A stretch of DNA of 64,000 nucleotides from a virus (IMGVR_UViG_3300026549_000054:32001-96000); one strand, 5' to 3'. Counted from the first letter of the stretch, positions 28,398 to 37,924 are shown. Numbers and translations: made by a program. Notes: generated by a model from the sequence alone, not told the origin.

Positions 28398-28455
28398 AAA
28401 AATGCTCCCGTTTGATAGGGAGCGGTAGGAATACACATGAACAGTTAAAAAAAGT

Positions 28456-28935
28456 CTAACTATGCCATTCTTCATTTAGATTATAACCAGGTTTTGTTTG
28501 TAATCTTTTAGCTTCTGTGATACCTTGTGGACATTGAACATTAAGCTGATGCATAAATCTCTTAAACATTCCATTGTCAAAAGCATAAGGAATCTGGTCC
28601 TTAATTACATATTCAACAGAGGTAGAATCGTAAAATCTGTCAATCAACACCCTAAGTGCTCGTTTTAATGCTAATGCTCTGCCATAAGCATACACATAAT
28701 TATCCTTATCTGCACATACAGCAACGGCTTTGGCGAGTAATAGTTTAGATACAGTTTCCGGGTGTTTAGGTGAAGGACACCCACGAACTGTTGAATTTGG
28801 GTATTTGTATTCAAGTTCATTCGTAGCAAGGCCTGTCATTTCCCATATTTCACAGGTACAAGTCTTATCTTTATGGGTGAAGAATACTTGGAATTTACGG
28901 TCTTTTCCGTCGGTACATTTAGTTGTAAAAATCAT
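28456..28935 (-). CDS. hypothetical phage protein
   Basis: AVAVCADKDNY...GRALALKRA motif common in phage proteins. Confidence 0.65.
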   Translation of the reverse strand: MIFTTKCTDGKDRKFQVFFTHKDKTCTCEIWEMTGLATNELEYKYPNSTVRGCPSPKHPETVSKLLLAKAVAVCADKDNYVYAYGRALALKRALRVLIDRFYDSTSVEYVIKDQIPYAFDNGMFKRFMHQLNVQCPQGITEAKRLQTKPGYNLNEEWHS

Positions 28936-29803
28936 CTATTTCTCCACTTGGAATTGAGCCATTCTCTACAGCAGCTTTTATATGTTCATATCCAATACCA
29001 TTACATTTTGGTATATTACTTTTTCTATTAATTTTTGTATTTTGTGATTGAATTGTAGATTTTTTTACTTTTTTAATTTTTAATGTATTATTTAAATTAC
29101 TTCTAAAAATTAAGTATTCATATCTGCTAGCCAAAATTAGCATTTTTTTAATTGCAGATCTATCTTTATATTTACCTTTATATCTTCTTGCATATTTAAA
29201 AGCTTCATCATAGTATTCGTGATAATAAGTATCATTAGATAAATTTATATTTAACTGTTGTTCAAGCGAAGAAACATCTTTTCTAAGTTTTTCCATACTG
29301 GTAAAACTTGTATTTGGCTTTTTATATAATTTATGATAAGATATACAAGTTTTATTTTGTTTTGTTAACTTATTTTGTTTAGAAGTCTTATTTTGACTGT
29401 TTGCAAGGATTTCATCACACACAATCTTTACAAATGTTTTATAGTCTGTATTATTTTCTCTTATAACTTTCAAACACTTTTTATCTGTATCATCAAGAGC
29501 ATTAAATGATTTATTAACTTGACCAAAACTTATTTCCCAGCAATTCTTTGTGACCTGTACTAAATTCAAGGTATGTTTTGATTTATTATATTTTTGTATT
29601 GATTTGTCACGAATTATTTTAGGTATTCCGGTTTCTAAGTGTATAGTTGATTTTGTTATTTTACTTTTATTTCGTTCAACAATTTCCGCATGAAGTCCAG
29701 TATACCCTATATATTTCTTTAATATATTTTGTTCTGTCTTACTATAATCGCTAATGTCAATACCGGATTGCTCCATATTCTTGCTTTTAGTGATTTGTTT
29801 CAT
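28919..29803 (-). CDS. basic hypothetical protein
   Basis: 294-aa K/N-rich ORF with AAGG RBS. Confidence 0.65.
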   Translation of the reverse strand: MKQITKSKNMEQSGIDISDYSKTEQNILKKYIGYTGLHAEIVERNKSKITKSTIHLETGIPKIIRDKSIQKYNKSKHTLNLVQVTKNCWEISFGQVNKSFNALDDTDKKCLKVIRENNTDYKTFVKIVCDEILANSQNKTSKQNKLTKQNKTCISYHKLYKKPNTSFTSMEKLRKDVSSLEQQLNINLSNDTYYHEYYDEAFKYARRYKGKYKDRSAIKKMLILASRYEYLIFRSNLNNTLKIKKVKKSTIQSQNTKINRKSNIPKCNGIGYEHIKAAVENGSIPSGEIDDFYN

Positions 29804-29893
29804 AATTTTTCCTTTTTATTTAGTTTTATTTTTACATACAAAAATGGTTAAAAACTAGCATCTTGTCAATATCAATTTGTAAATTTTAATTTA

Positions 29894-30880
29894 CTAGGAA
29901 ACTTTAGAGTCATTGTAATCAAGGTAAATATCCATAGCACTATCTGTTTTTGTTTTCAATTTATCAAGTATTAAATCAAAACATATAACATCGTCACTTT
30001 CACTATCAAGTATATTTTTAATGATATTCCAATCCTTATTAACTTTGCCCCAACCAAATTTAACACTAAGGCTAGTTTTATGATTAACTAAAGTAACCTT
30101 GGCTTTATCTTTCATAATTCTAAGGGCGCCTATTACATTCTTTTTATTTGCATCTTTGGAAGAAGCTAAAGAATTTGGTTTATGAGTTCCTTCACCTATG
30201 TAAACAAAAGGATATGAATTAGTAGTAATTCCTGCATTATAACAATCATAAAACCAAACAAAGTCTTCGGACAAATACTCAACACTTCTAAACATTAAAT
30301 CACGATGTTCTCTTAAAAAGTCATTGTTTAATATAGAATGTTGTGTCCACGCAGTTTTATTATTAACATAAAGTTCTGGTTTCTTTGCATAAGTACCTGT
30401 TTGAATTTCATAAGGACACCCGCCACTAAATATATCTTTATTCTTTAAGTGTAAATCACATAGAATACCTAATGCGTTCTTTAAAGGAATATAGATACAA
30501 TTTTTAGTAGATTCAGGTCTCAAGTCGGCAATTTTACAATTATTTAAATCGTCATCAATAATAATGTAATCTTTAACATCTGGACGATTATCTGCCATAT
30601 AATTCTGTAACCAATGCTTTTTTAATCTAAAGTTTCTCCATTGTTCTTTAATCTTTACAAAAGTTACATTAGGTGCGGTGATTTTATCATATCCTGATGC
30701 TGTATAGTCTTCATCATAAACTACACAAATAATTTCATTATCAGATATATTCTCCGGATGCTTTAATATACAATTACTTCTAAACTTGTATGATATAACC
30801 ACTACTGGAATTGTAGGTGTGTAATTCTTCCAGTTGTTATCGTATTCAATAATTTGGTTTCTTTCTTCTGTACTAATCAT
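29894..30880 (-). CDS. GREB1/TAGT-like glycosyltransferase paralog
   Basis: PVVVISYKFR, IIIDDD and SEDF motifs; paralog of the next gene. Confidence 0.6.
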   Translation of the reverse strand: MISTEERNQIIEYDNNWKNYTPTIPVVVISYKFRSNCILKHPENISDNEIICVVYDEDYTASGYDKITAPNVTFVKIKEQWRNFRLKKHWLQNYMADNRPDVKDYIIIDDDLNNCKIADLRPESTKNCIYIPLKNALGILCDLHLKNKDIFSGGCPYEIQTGTYAKKPELYVNNKTAWTQHSILNNDFLREHRDLMFRSVEYLSEDFVWFYDCYNAGITTNSYPFVYIGEGTHKPNSLASSKDANKKNVIGALRIMKDKAKVTLVNHKTSLSVKFGWGKVNKDWNIIKNILDSESDDVICFDLILDKLKTKTDSAMDIYLDYNDSKVS

Positions 30881-31839
30881 TCAAGAAAACTCCAATCACT
30901 CTCTGGTTTAATTAACTTTTCTTTTACAATTTGGTCTATTTTAGCAAAACAAACTTCAAATTGTTCATCCGTAAACTGCGTATTAATATCAGTCCAATTA
31001 GGTAAAACTTTATCAAGTATTTCTTTTATATCTTGATAGAATACACAAGGTTTACCTATACCAGGAATCCAACAATTCCAGGAAGAACTTATAACAATTT
31101 TACATTCATTCTTCATAATTCTCAAAGCATTAATTTGATTTTTCTTTAAATTGAGACTTGAAGAAGCTATACTGTTATTTGAACTATTTGTTTCTAAGTA
31201 TAATGGTTGAAAACAATTATAATGTTGTCCGTTTTTATTACAGTCAAACCAAATAATAACATCTTCTGCGACATTCTGTAAATCTCTAAATCTACATTCA
31301 GGATGTTTAATGACCCAATCATTCTCAAATAAGTAACACTGATAGAATGGATTTTGTTTTGAAATTTTAGTAGTATGAGCAAAGGCTAAACTATTAAATT
31401 CAGGACCAGATACTGTTCTATAACCAAATTTTAAATGGTATTCTTCTAATAACCCTAATGTATTTTTCAATGGAATATACATTGTAGTATCTTTATCTGT
31501 GACGATTTTACCGCGTTTCATATCGTCATCAATCATAATATATCGTTCAATTTCGGGTCTTTTTACGAAAAATTCTTGGATATATCGTCTTTTCTTTTGA
31601 ATACTGCGCCAATTTTCATCAATTTGTACAAATTCTACATTAGGTTGACAGTCATATTCTTTATAGTTTTCATAATCTTCTTTATAAACAAACACAAAAA
31701 TTTTATTATCACTTACATCCTGTAAATGCTGTACTATATTCCCTGCTCTATTTTTATATGAAGGAATCACTATAGGGCATTTAGGTGAATAATCTTGATA
31801 ATGCTCACTATAAAATTTTATTTGTTCTAATTCTGTCAT
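30877..31839 (-). CDS. GREB1/TAGT-like glycosyltransferase paralog
   Basis: PIVIPSYKNR, MIDDD and AEDV motifs; start moved to MTELEQ. Confidence 0.65.
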   Translation of the reverse strand: MTELEQIKFYSEHYQDYSPKCPIVIPSYKNRAGNIVQHLQDVSDNKIFVFVYKEDYENYKEYDCQPNVEFVQIDENWRSIQKKRRYIQEFFVKRPEIERYIMIDDDMKRGKIVTDKDTTMYIPLKNTLGLLEEYHLKFGYRTVSGPEFNSLAFAHTTKISKQNPFYQCYLFENDWVIKHPECRFRDLQNVAEDVIIWFDCNKNGQHYNCFQPLYLETNSSNNSIASSSLNLKKNQINALRIMKNECKIVISSSWNCWIPGIGKPCVFYQDIKEILDKVLPNWTDINTQFTDEQFEVCFAKIDQIVKEKLIKPESDWSFLE

Positions 31840-31918
31840 ATCAGTATGTATAAAGAAAAATGGAGCGGGCTCACAGTCCCGCCCCATTCAATTAACCGGA
31901 GAGTTAATTATGGTTAGA

Positions 31919-32563
31919 TTAAGCCTTCTTGGCTTCGGCCTTTGGAGCCTGTGGCTTCTTACCACGCTTCTTGGCATTGAAAGCCTTCGTCAAGAAGATA
32001 AGACCGCCACCTTCGGAAACCAGCTTATCATTGATGAACAACTTACGGCCGAACACACGCTTGTGTGCATTCTTCATTGGCTTTACATGACCCATTTCAA
32101 GACGGAAATCACCCTGTGGAACCTTACCCGTGAGAGTAGTGTCAGTCATGGTAAATTCGTCCTTGTGGTCCTTAATGTAGGCACACATAGACTTAATTTC
32201 GGAGAAATCAACATCTACAGTGAGACGCTGGCGAGGAGCCTTCGTAGTTGTCAATCCGTGGACAATCTTATACAAATACTCCTTCTTGTATTCGCCCAGT
32301 TCAACCTTCTGTTCCGCACCGTCCACAACGCGGTAGAGTTCACGCTTCTTGAACTGCTTGCCACTCTTACCAGTCTTGGCAACGAGCTTCACAATGTAGT
32401 CATTGACCTTGGAATCAACTTCAACACTCGGGAATCGCCAGGAGTTGTCATCAATCTTGACGATAGACTGCTTGTTGGTTGAAACCATATCACGGAGCTT
32501 ACTTGCTAGAAGTTCGCGGGAGTTCATCTTTGTTGGCTGAGCCATAGTTGAATTAGTTTTCAT
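31919..32563 (-). CDS. basic early protein
   Basis: strongly biased codon usage, AAGGA RBS, promoter at 32610-32638. Confidence 0.75.
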   Translation of the reverse strand: MKTNSTMAQPTKMNSRELLASKLRDMVSTNKQSIVKIDDNSWRFPSVEVDSKVNDYIVKLVAKTGKSGKQFKKRELYRVVDGAEQKVELGEYKKEYLYKIVHGLTTTKAPRQRLTVDVDFSEIKSMCAYIKDHKDEFTMTDTTLTGKVPQGDFRLEMGHVKPMKNAHKRVFGRKLFINDKLVSEGGGLIFLTKAFNAKKRGKKPQAPKAEAKKA

Positions 32564-32672
32564 AGTTTTATTCCTTTATAGTTAAATTGTTAAACATTCA
32601 ACATAATCAAATGTAAATAAAACGAAACAAGTTGTCAATAGTTACATTGACAACTTTTGTTCCGATTAGAAC

Positions 32673-33035
32673 TTAGAGTTTGATAGTCAAACGATACTTG
32701 TCTGCGTTGGGTTCTTTCTTGATTACTTCGGAGAGGGAGGCAATCATCTTGATGACCTTTTCACGAGGGATGAGCATATCAATCTTGTCATCGTCGGCCA
32801 CATACTTAATTCGCATTTGTTCCTTGGCGAGAGCTTGTTCAGCAGCAGCGAGTGCGTCCTGTTCCGCCTTAATGCGGGCCTTGCGTTCGGCAATTTCCTG
32901 TTCCAAAGACTTCTGTGCGGGACGAACCTGAGTTGCCGGCTTAATGACACGCTGGTCATACTGTTCCAAATCATTACCCTGAAGAACATTGAGAAGGTCA
33001 CCGAGGTTCAAGAACTGATAGTTAGTATTTTGCAT
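32673..33035 (-). CDS. early hypothetical protein
   Basis: AAGGA RBS; promoter at 33077-33105. Confidence 0.7.
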   Translation of the reverse strand: MQNTNYQFLNLGDLLNVLQGNDLEQYDQRVIKPATQVRPAQKSLEQEIAERKARIKAEQDALAAAEQALAKEQMRIKYVADDDKIDMLIPREKVIKMIASLSEVIKKEPNADKYRLTIKL

Positions 33036-33076
33036 TAGTTTTCCTTTTGTTAAAATGTTTTACATTGTCATACTAT

Positions 33077-33143
33077 AATATAGTAAATAAACTTATGGTT
33101 GTCAATGGTATTTTGCCCATTTTTATGTAAAATTTTATTTACT
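33077..33143 (-). promoter_or_regulatory. sigma70-type promoter with TGTAAA box
   Basis: TTGACA-17 nt-TATATT; box 20 nt upstream of -35. Confidence 0.75.
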
Positions 33144-33891
33144 TTTTAATAATATAGTTGTCATAGCAGTTCGTCATTACAGGTTTTTCAAACATTTTCA
33201 TATAACCTTCGGCAACTTGCTTAATTTCGTCATAAGTTCCCACATAATTACAGTATTCGTCTTTAACGAAAGGCCAATAAGCATTTATTTCCCAACACTG
33301 TACATTTTTTGATTTAACTGTGAATGAATCAAAGGTTATATTATATAAACTGTTGCCCTTATTGACAAACTTATAGGTATTATAAATTGACGCTGGGTTA
33401 GAAGGATGTTCTGAAGAAAACTCATAACCATACTTCTCTGCCAATGTCATAAAATCAAGTTCTATTTCATCGGTGTTAATATCGTTAATCTTTCGTGCAG
33501 TTTCCGTTTCTTTTCGTTTCAATTCATACTTAGAAGCTTCGGTAGCATATTTCTGTTTATATGCTTCAAACAGTTCTTCAAGTGTTAAGGCCATATTCTT
33601 AAAGAAAGGTCGGGAAACATAAGTATAATCGGACTGTATATCTGCTAGGTAATAATTATCCGAACCAGGATGTACTTCTTCAAACTTAAAGTATAACGTG
33701 GCGCCGCGTTCATTCCATACAATGTTTGAGTAAACTGTTATAGAATTGATTTTCCAGTTATAATTATATGTTCGGAAATTATACAACTTAGCAAAATCTT
33801 CAATTTCTTGCCTTGTATAATAAGAAAACTTCTCGGCAAAATAGGGAGAAGTCTTATCTTTTGAAATGTTATTATTAGTTACAATTTTCAT
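33139..33891 (-). CDS. hypothetical protein
   Basis: 250 aa; AAGGA RBS. Confidence 0.65.
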   Translation of the reverse strand: MKIVTNNNISKDKTSPYFAEKFSYYTRQEIEDFAKLYNFRTYNYNWKINSITVYSNIVWNERGATLYFKFEEVHPGSDNYYLADIQSDYTYVSRPFFKNMALTLEELFEAYKQKYATEASKYELKRKETETARKINDINTDEIELDFMTLAEKYGYEFSSEHPSNPASIYNTYKFVNKGNSLYNITFDSFTVKSKNVQCWEINAYWPFVKDEYCNYVGTYDEIKQVAEGYMKMFEKPVMTNCYDNYIIKK

Positions 33892-33908
33892 AGTTATCCT
33901 TTATGTAA

Positions 33909-33991
33909 CGGAAGGTGAGGGACTTGAACCCCCAAGGGATTTCTCCCGGCAGATTAGTAATCTGCTGCTTTACCAATTAAGCTAACCTTCC
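33909..33991 (-). tRNA. tRNA-Ser(ACT), A34
   Basis: GGAAGGT/ACCTTCC acceptor, GCAGA-TTACTAA-TCTGC anticodon arm, long variable arm, G73. Confidence 0.85.
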
Positions 33992-34000
33992 ATAAATCCG

Positions 34001-34156
34001 TTAGTAATCGTACTTTTCGGATTGTTTCTTTTCAGTCTTTTCCTTCTTAATTCCAGCTTGTTTTGCGAAAGACTTTGCCATCTTTCTCATCTTTTCCCAG
34101 CGTGCCTGTTTCTGTTCTTCAGTTTCTTTTTCTTTTACTTCTTTTCTCTTTTTCAT
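34001..34156 (-). CDS. 51-aa K/E-rich peptide
   Basis: MKKRKEVKEKETEEQKQARWEKMRK...YDY*; AAGGA RBS. Confidence 0.55.
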   Translation of the reverse strand: MKKRKEVKEKETEEQKQARWEKMRKMAKSFAKQAGIKKEKTEKKQSEKYDY

Positions 34157-34175
34157 CTTGTTTTCCTTCAAAAAG

Positions 34176-34346
34176 TTAGGGTATTGGTCTGCGCCCAGCG
34201 ATAGTTGAGTTGCTACCTAAACCATACATTCTCTTTCAAATCTTCGTGCCTTGCGACAAGGATAACTCACCAAACCTTTCACAGAGGTCTTACTGCGGGC
34301 TTCTTGAACACGCATTCTAGAACTGTGTGCAGAGAATTATACCCAA
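34176..34346 (-). ncRNA. candidate structured RNA (about 170 nt)
   Basis: closing GGGTAT/ATACCC stem plus internal hairpins; GC-rich; no ORF on the transcribed strand. Confidence 0.4.
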
Positions 34347-34364
34347 TTCTGTTTATAAAAATAG

Positions 34365-34481
34365 CGGGTGCCGGGGATTTGAACCACCACCTGGATGTTA
34401 TATATTACTATATTAAATGTAATATATGTTTTAATCTATTATTATATCTCTAATGTCCCGTACTACTTATACGAAGCACCC
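34365..34481 (-). ncRNA. tRNA-like RNA with a long AT-rich insert replacing the anticodon loop
   Basis: GGGTGCT/GGCACCC acceptor, CGTA/TACG D-stem, GGTTCAAATCC T-loop; promoter at 34567-34595. Confidence 0.6.
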
Positions 34482-34633
34482 ATCGTTTTAAGGCAAACCA
34501 ATTAGCCAATCCTATACAGCTACCACTTCAAGGGACTAATTGTAAACCATTTCATTCTATGTCTATAATATAGTTTATTATTTATAATTTGACAATACCC
34601 ATTTGAACATTTTTGTTTCAAGTGAGAACTTAC

Positions 34634-34660
34634 AAAAATCCCTCCCACGGATGGGAGGGA
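34634..34660 (-). terminator. intrinsic terminator
   Basis: TCCCTCCCA-TCCG-TGGGAGGGA-TTTTT. Confidence 0.8.
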
Positions 34661-34682
34661 TTGGAGGTAACAACAAAATTCG

Positions 34683-34850
34683 TTAGGTCACGGGACGTTC
34701 GTCAATCTCGGTATCGGCCAAGAAAGAACCAAACTGCTTGATGATCTTCTGTCGGTCTGCTTCAGCATCCGCCTTATTCTTACGGACAGACCAAATCATA
34801 CGGCGGTCCGGTTTATCGTTAGTGTTGTAAGTTACTACAAATACGTTCAT
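34683..34850 (-). CDS. 55-aa hypothetical protein
   Basis: MNVFVVTYNT...ERPVT*; GAGG RBS. Confidence 0.6.
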   Translation of the reverse strand: MNVFVVTYNTNDKPDRRMIWSVRKNKADAEADRQKIIKQFGSFLADTEIDERPVT

Positions 34851-34871
34851 ATTTTTACCTCTCTTTTTAAA

Positions 34872-35396
34872 TTAAAATCCCAAACGGCGGGCGGCAGTAC
34901 CCAAATTGCGGAGCTGTGCGGTGTAATTTGCCATATTAACCAAAGACATACCATTCACAGTATAATCTTCAACCTTCTTTGCGAACCGTTCGTAATGTTC
35001 ATTAAGAATCATAGCACACTTCACAAAAGCATTGATGCCATTCGGAACATACTTCAACATTTCCAAATGAGCGGGTTCATACACGAAATCAAAGAAACTC
35101 TGCTGGACACCACTTTCGCTCTTAAACAGAGCACGAACTTCATTTGTCTTCGCATGGTTTTCCTGAATCAGTTCGTTAGACTTCTTGTCAAACATCTGCC
35201 ACAGAAGGTCAAGGTCCTTGTTTTCGGGTCGGCGAGATGCTGCCATAAAATTGTAATTACCTTCAACCTTTTCAATCATATCAATCATAAGGTCCTTCAT
35301 AGTGCGAACATTGTGTTCAAAGTTGGCTCGGAACATATTGAGAGCCATTTCGGAAGTGGAAGAATTGATGTTGATGTTGATATTGATTGTTGTCAT
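34872..35396 (-). CDS. early hypothetical protein
   Basis: GAGGTAACAACT-ATG RBS; promoter at 35427-35455. Confidence 0.75.
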   Translation of the reverse strand: MTTININININSSTSEMALNMFRANFEHNVRTMKDLMIDMIEKVEGNYNFMAASRRPENKDLDLLWQMFDKKSNELIQENHAKTNEVRALFKSESGVQQSFFDFVYEPAHLEMLKYVPNGINAFVKCAMILNEHYERFAKKVEDYTVNGMSLVNMANYTAQLRNLGTAARRLGF

Positions 35397-35426
35397 AGTT
35401 GTTACCTCTTTTATTATTGTATTACA

Positions 35427-35492
35427 AATATAGTTAAAACTATGAACCTTGTCAATAAGAACTGCGCATTTTTATGTAAAATTTCGTTTACA
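35427..35492 (-). promoter_or_regulatory. sigma70-type promoter with TGTAAA-N6-TTTACA box
   Basis: TTGACA-17 nt-TATATT; perfect box at 35475-35492. Confidence 0.8.
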
Positions 35493-35496
35493 AATG

Positions 35497-35871
35497 CTAA
35501 AAATCTTTCTTAATTTTGGCTAATTTCGCTCTTTCCGCTAATGTTTTTATCCTTAATGCCATTTTTTGAAACTTTTTATCAACCTTTTCGGGTGTAATTT
35601 CGTTATACATTTCATCGTCTGCCCAATCTACTGTTACTTCATCCGCAGTCGCAATCCCATCTTTAGTAATATAAAATTTAGAATAGAACTGAATTTCTTC
35701 TAATTTTGGCTTATATTCGTCAAAGTCTAGAACTGCCAATACATTCCTGCTATCTGTATTATTCGTTAATGAGGACTTTGAATACACATACAGACATCTT
35801 TTATCTTTAGTTAGTTCTTCACAGAAAAGTCCATTCTTTTCCAGGATAGGTAGTAATTCTTCATAAGTCAT
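35497..35871 (-). CDS. DF-tail family protein
   Basis: ends KLAKIKKDF*. Confidence 0.7.
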   Translation of the reverse strand: MTYEELLPILEKNGLFCEELTKDKRCLYVYSKSSLTNNTDSRNVLAVLDFDEYKPKLEEIQFYSKFYITKDGIATADEVTVDWADDEMYNEITPEKVDKKFQKMALRIKTLAERAKLAKIKKDF

Positions 35872-35888
35872 AGTTTATTCCTTTTAAT

Positions 35889-35921
35889 AAAAAAAAGCAC
35901 CCTAACATTCGCTAGGGTGCT
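35889..35921 (-). terminator. terminator closing tRNA cluster 1
   Basis: AGCACCCTAG..TTAGGGTGCT followed by a T tract. Confidence 0.8.
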
Positions 35922-36024
35922 CTGAGTTGAACAACAACCCAAGGAGGTAACAACAATTTCAATAGATTTTCTTTTGATCGGTGGAGAAAATTGTAAAGAA
36001 CCAATTTATCGCGTTGCAAATTTA

Positions 36025-36097
36025 TAGCGGGGACCGGACTTGAACCGGTGACCTTTAGGTTATGAGCCTACTGAGCTACCAACTGCTCTACCCCGCG
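36025..36097 (-). tRNA. tRNA-Met(CAT), initiator-like
   Basis: CGCGGGG 5' end with unpaired C1; CTCATAA loop. Confidence 0.9.
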
Positions 36098-36257
36098 ATG
36101 AGTAAAATTTGGAGAAACATACAAAACTCCAGGTAAAAGGGGATTCTCAACCAACTAAGTCCAATGTTGAGTTTGTATATTTTTTAAACACACTGGTGAA
36201 AATGCTACCCCAACTTGGTCTGTCACATCCAAGTGTTCACAGATTATGCCACAAAGC

Positions 36258-36917
36258 CTAGCAAGTAACACCATTAATCTTTTCTTTGATTTGTTTCCAA
36301 GTTAAATTATCTTTATCCAAAATAATTATTCGTATTCCATTCTGTTGTTGAACTTTTTCAATTTTTTCAACATCAGTTATTCCAAATCGTTTGGACTCAT
36401 TGTTAATCAAATAATCATTTTTAGGGTCAAGATATACATTATATTCAGGAAGATAAAAATCAGGATAATAACGATGTTTTACACCATTAGAATCTTCCCA
36501 AAGATAATAAGTAGGTCTTTCCCATTTAACCTGGTTATCGTCAAGTTCTTTTGCTACTTCAAATTCATATTGAGAATCTAGTTTAATACCTTTATATTCA
36601 ATAGTTTTTGAAGTATGCCAACCGCCTAAATGTCTTTCAAATGCGATTTCACTCATACGTTGTTTAAATTCTTCTGTATGAGCACGTCCAAAAATTCGTT
36701 TACCTTCTTCAGTACCTTTGTATAATCTTGAAGTAGTTTCACCATATTTTCGTACACGTTCGTCGGTTTCTTTAGTCAATCCTTTGTTCCAAGCTTTAAG
36801 TCCGATAGTATGACTAACATAATTTCTATCAGGATTTTTAGGGCAAGTTCTTTCGTGATTTCTTAAAGAATTCGCATTTTTACATTCTTTTCCGCAAAAT
36901 TTACAAATAAATTCCAT
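36258..36917 (-). CDS. free-standing endonuclease (Zn finger plus PD-(D/E)xK)
   Basis: CKFCGK..HERTC, WNKGLTKETD and YYPDFYLPEYNVYLDPK motifs. Confidence 0.7.
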   Translation of the reverse strand: MEFICKFCGKECKNANSLRNHERTCPKNPDRNYVSHTIGLKAWNKGLTKETDERVRKYGETTSRLYKGTEEGKRIFGRAHTEEFKQRMSEIAFERHLGGWHTSKTIEYKGIKLDSQYEFEVAKELDDNQVKWERPTYYLWEDSNGVKHRYYPDFYLPEYNVYLDPKNDYLINNESKRFGITDVEKIEKVQQQNGIRIIILDKDNLTWKQIKEKINGVTC

Positions 36918-36951
36918 ATTATATGTATATTTTGGTAGAGCAGTTGATTAA

Positions 36952-37032
36952 AGCCGGAGAGAGGATTCGGACCTCCGAAGCTTTCGCGGCTGATTACAAA
37001 TCAGCTCCATTTGTCCACTTTGGTACTCCGGC
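36952..37032 (-). tRNA. tRNA-Thr(TGT) with long variable arm
   Basis: GCCGGAG/CTCCGGC acceptor, GCTGA-TTTGTAA-TCAGC anticodon arm, variable arm CGCGAAAGCTT. Confidence 0.85.
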
Positions 37033-37129
37033 AATTTAAAGATTTGGGTAGTTCAAAGCACTACCCAGCTTGCGGGAACCCTTATCAGGGGTATCGCTCC
37101 ACATAGGTTAAGCCTATGACTCTTTTTCG

Positions 37130-37214
37130 CTCTAGAGGCAGGACTCGAACCTGCGGCGGACTTGCGTCAAGAGATTAACAGTCTCCCCCCTGCTACCAGC
37201 TCGGGTACCCTAGA
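37130..37214 (-). tRNA. tRNA-Asn(GTT) with long variable arm
   Basis: GGAGA-CTGTTAA-TCTCT anticodon arm, variable arm GAC-GCAA-GTC, G73. Confidence 0.85.
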
Positions 37215-37229
37215 ATAAATCTAATCAAA

Positions 37230-37750
37230 TCCGTGGTATCTTCGGAGCCTCACACTTCCGAAGTTGTTTGTGGGCAAAACAAGAGGGCAACCACCCACAA
37301 AGCAAGCCAAACCACCGTGGCTCCCGCATGAAAAATCAACCAGACACACATACAAGACTTGGCACACTTGTAATAATATATTCAAACATTATTCTGTCAT
37401 CACTAACCATTTACTCTGGAGCGACCGTTTCAATGTATTGTCAGTGTTGGGATTTTCACACAAAAGATAGGAACCGATGCCTAAACAATAGCTTCACTAT
37501 CTACCGATTTCTTCATCATTGGCCTGTGCGACTATTAGTGAACTCTACCGCCACAGTAGTTTCGTACCAATAGGTCCCTGGGATTTCACCAAATACCTAT
37601 TGGATAATAACCATCACATAATGAATACTCACGCACATTATGTTTTTACGAATACATTATACCTACTTCCATACCTTTTCAGTATTTCCATAGTCCCTTC
37701 AAGCTCGGTTGGAACCTGTGTTAGGGGAATGTATGTCTGGTTGATTTCTC
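37230..37750 (-). ncRNA. candidate large structured ncRNA
   Basis: 14-bp inverted repeat 37333-37346/37734-37747 enclosing several hairpins. Confidence 0.55.
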
Positions 37751-37840
37751 AACCTTCGTTTTTTATTTATAGTTTTTGTTAAGGTCAGTGCTAATTAACT
37801 ACCTAGTACTTTTAAACTACAGTCCATAACAAAAGAGTAG

Positions 37841-37922
37841 TCGGTAAGGTGGGACTTGAACCCACACCCCTCTCGGGACCGGATTTTGAGTCCGGCGCGT
37901 CTACCAATTCCGCCACCTACCG
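37841..37922 (-). tRNA. tRNA-Leu(CAA)
   Basis: CCGGA-CTCAAAA-TCCGG; long variable arm; A73. Confidence 0.92.
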
Positions 37923-37924
37923 GT

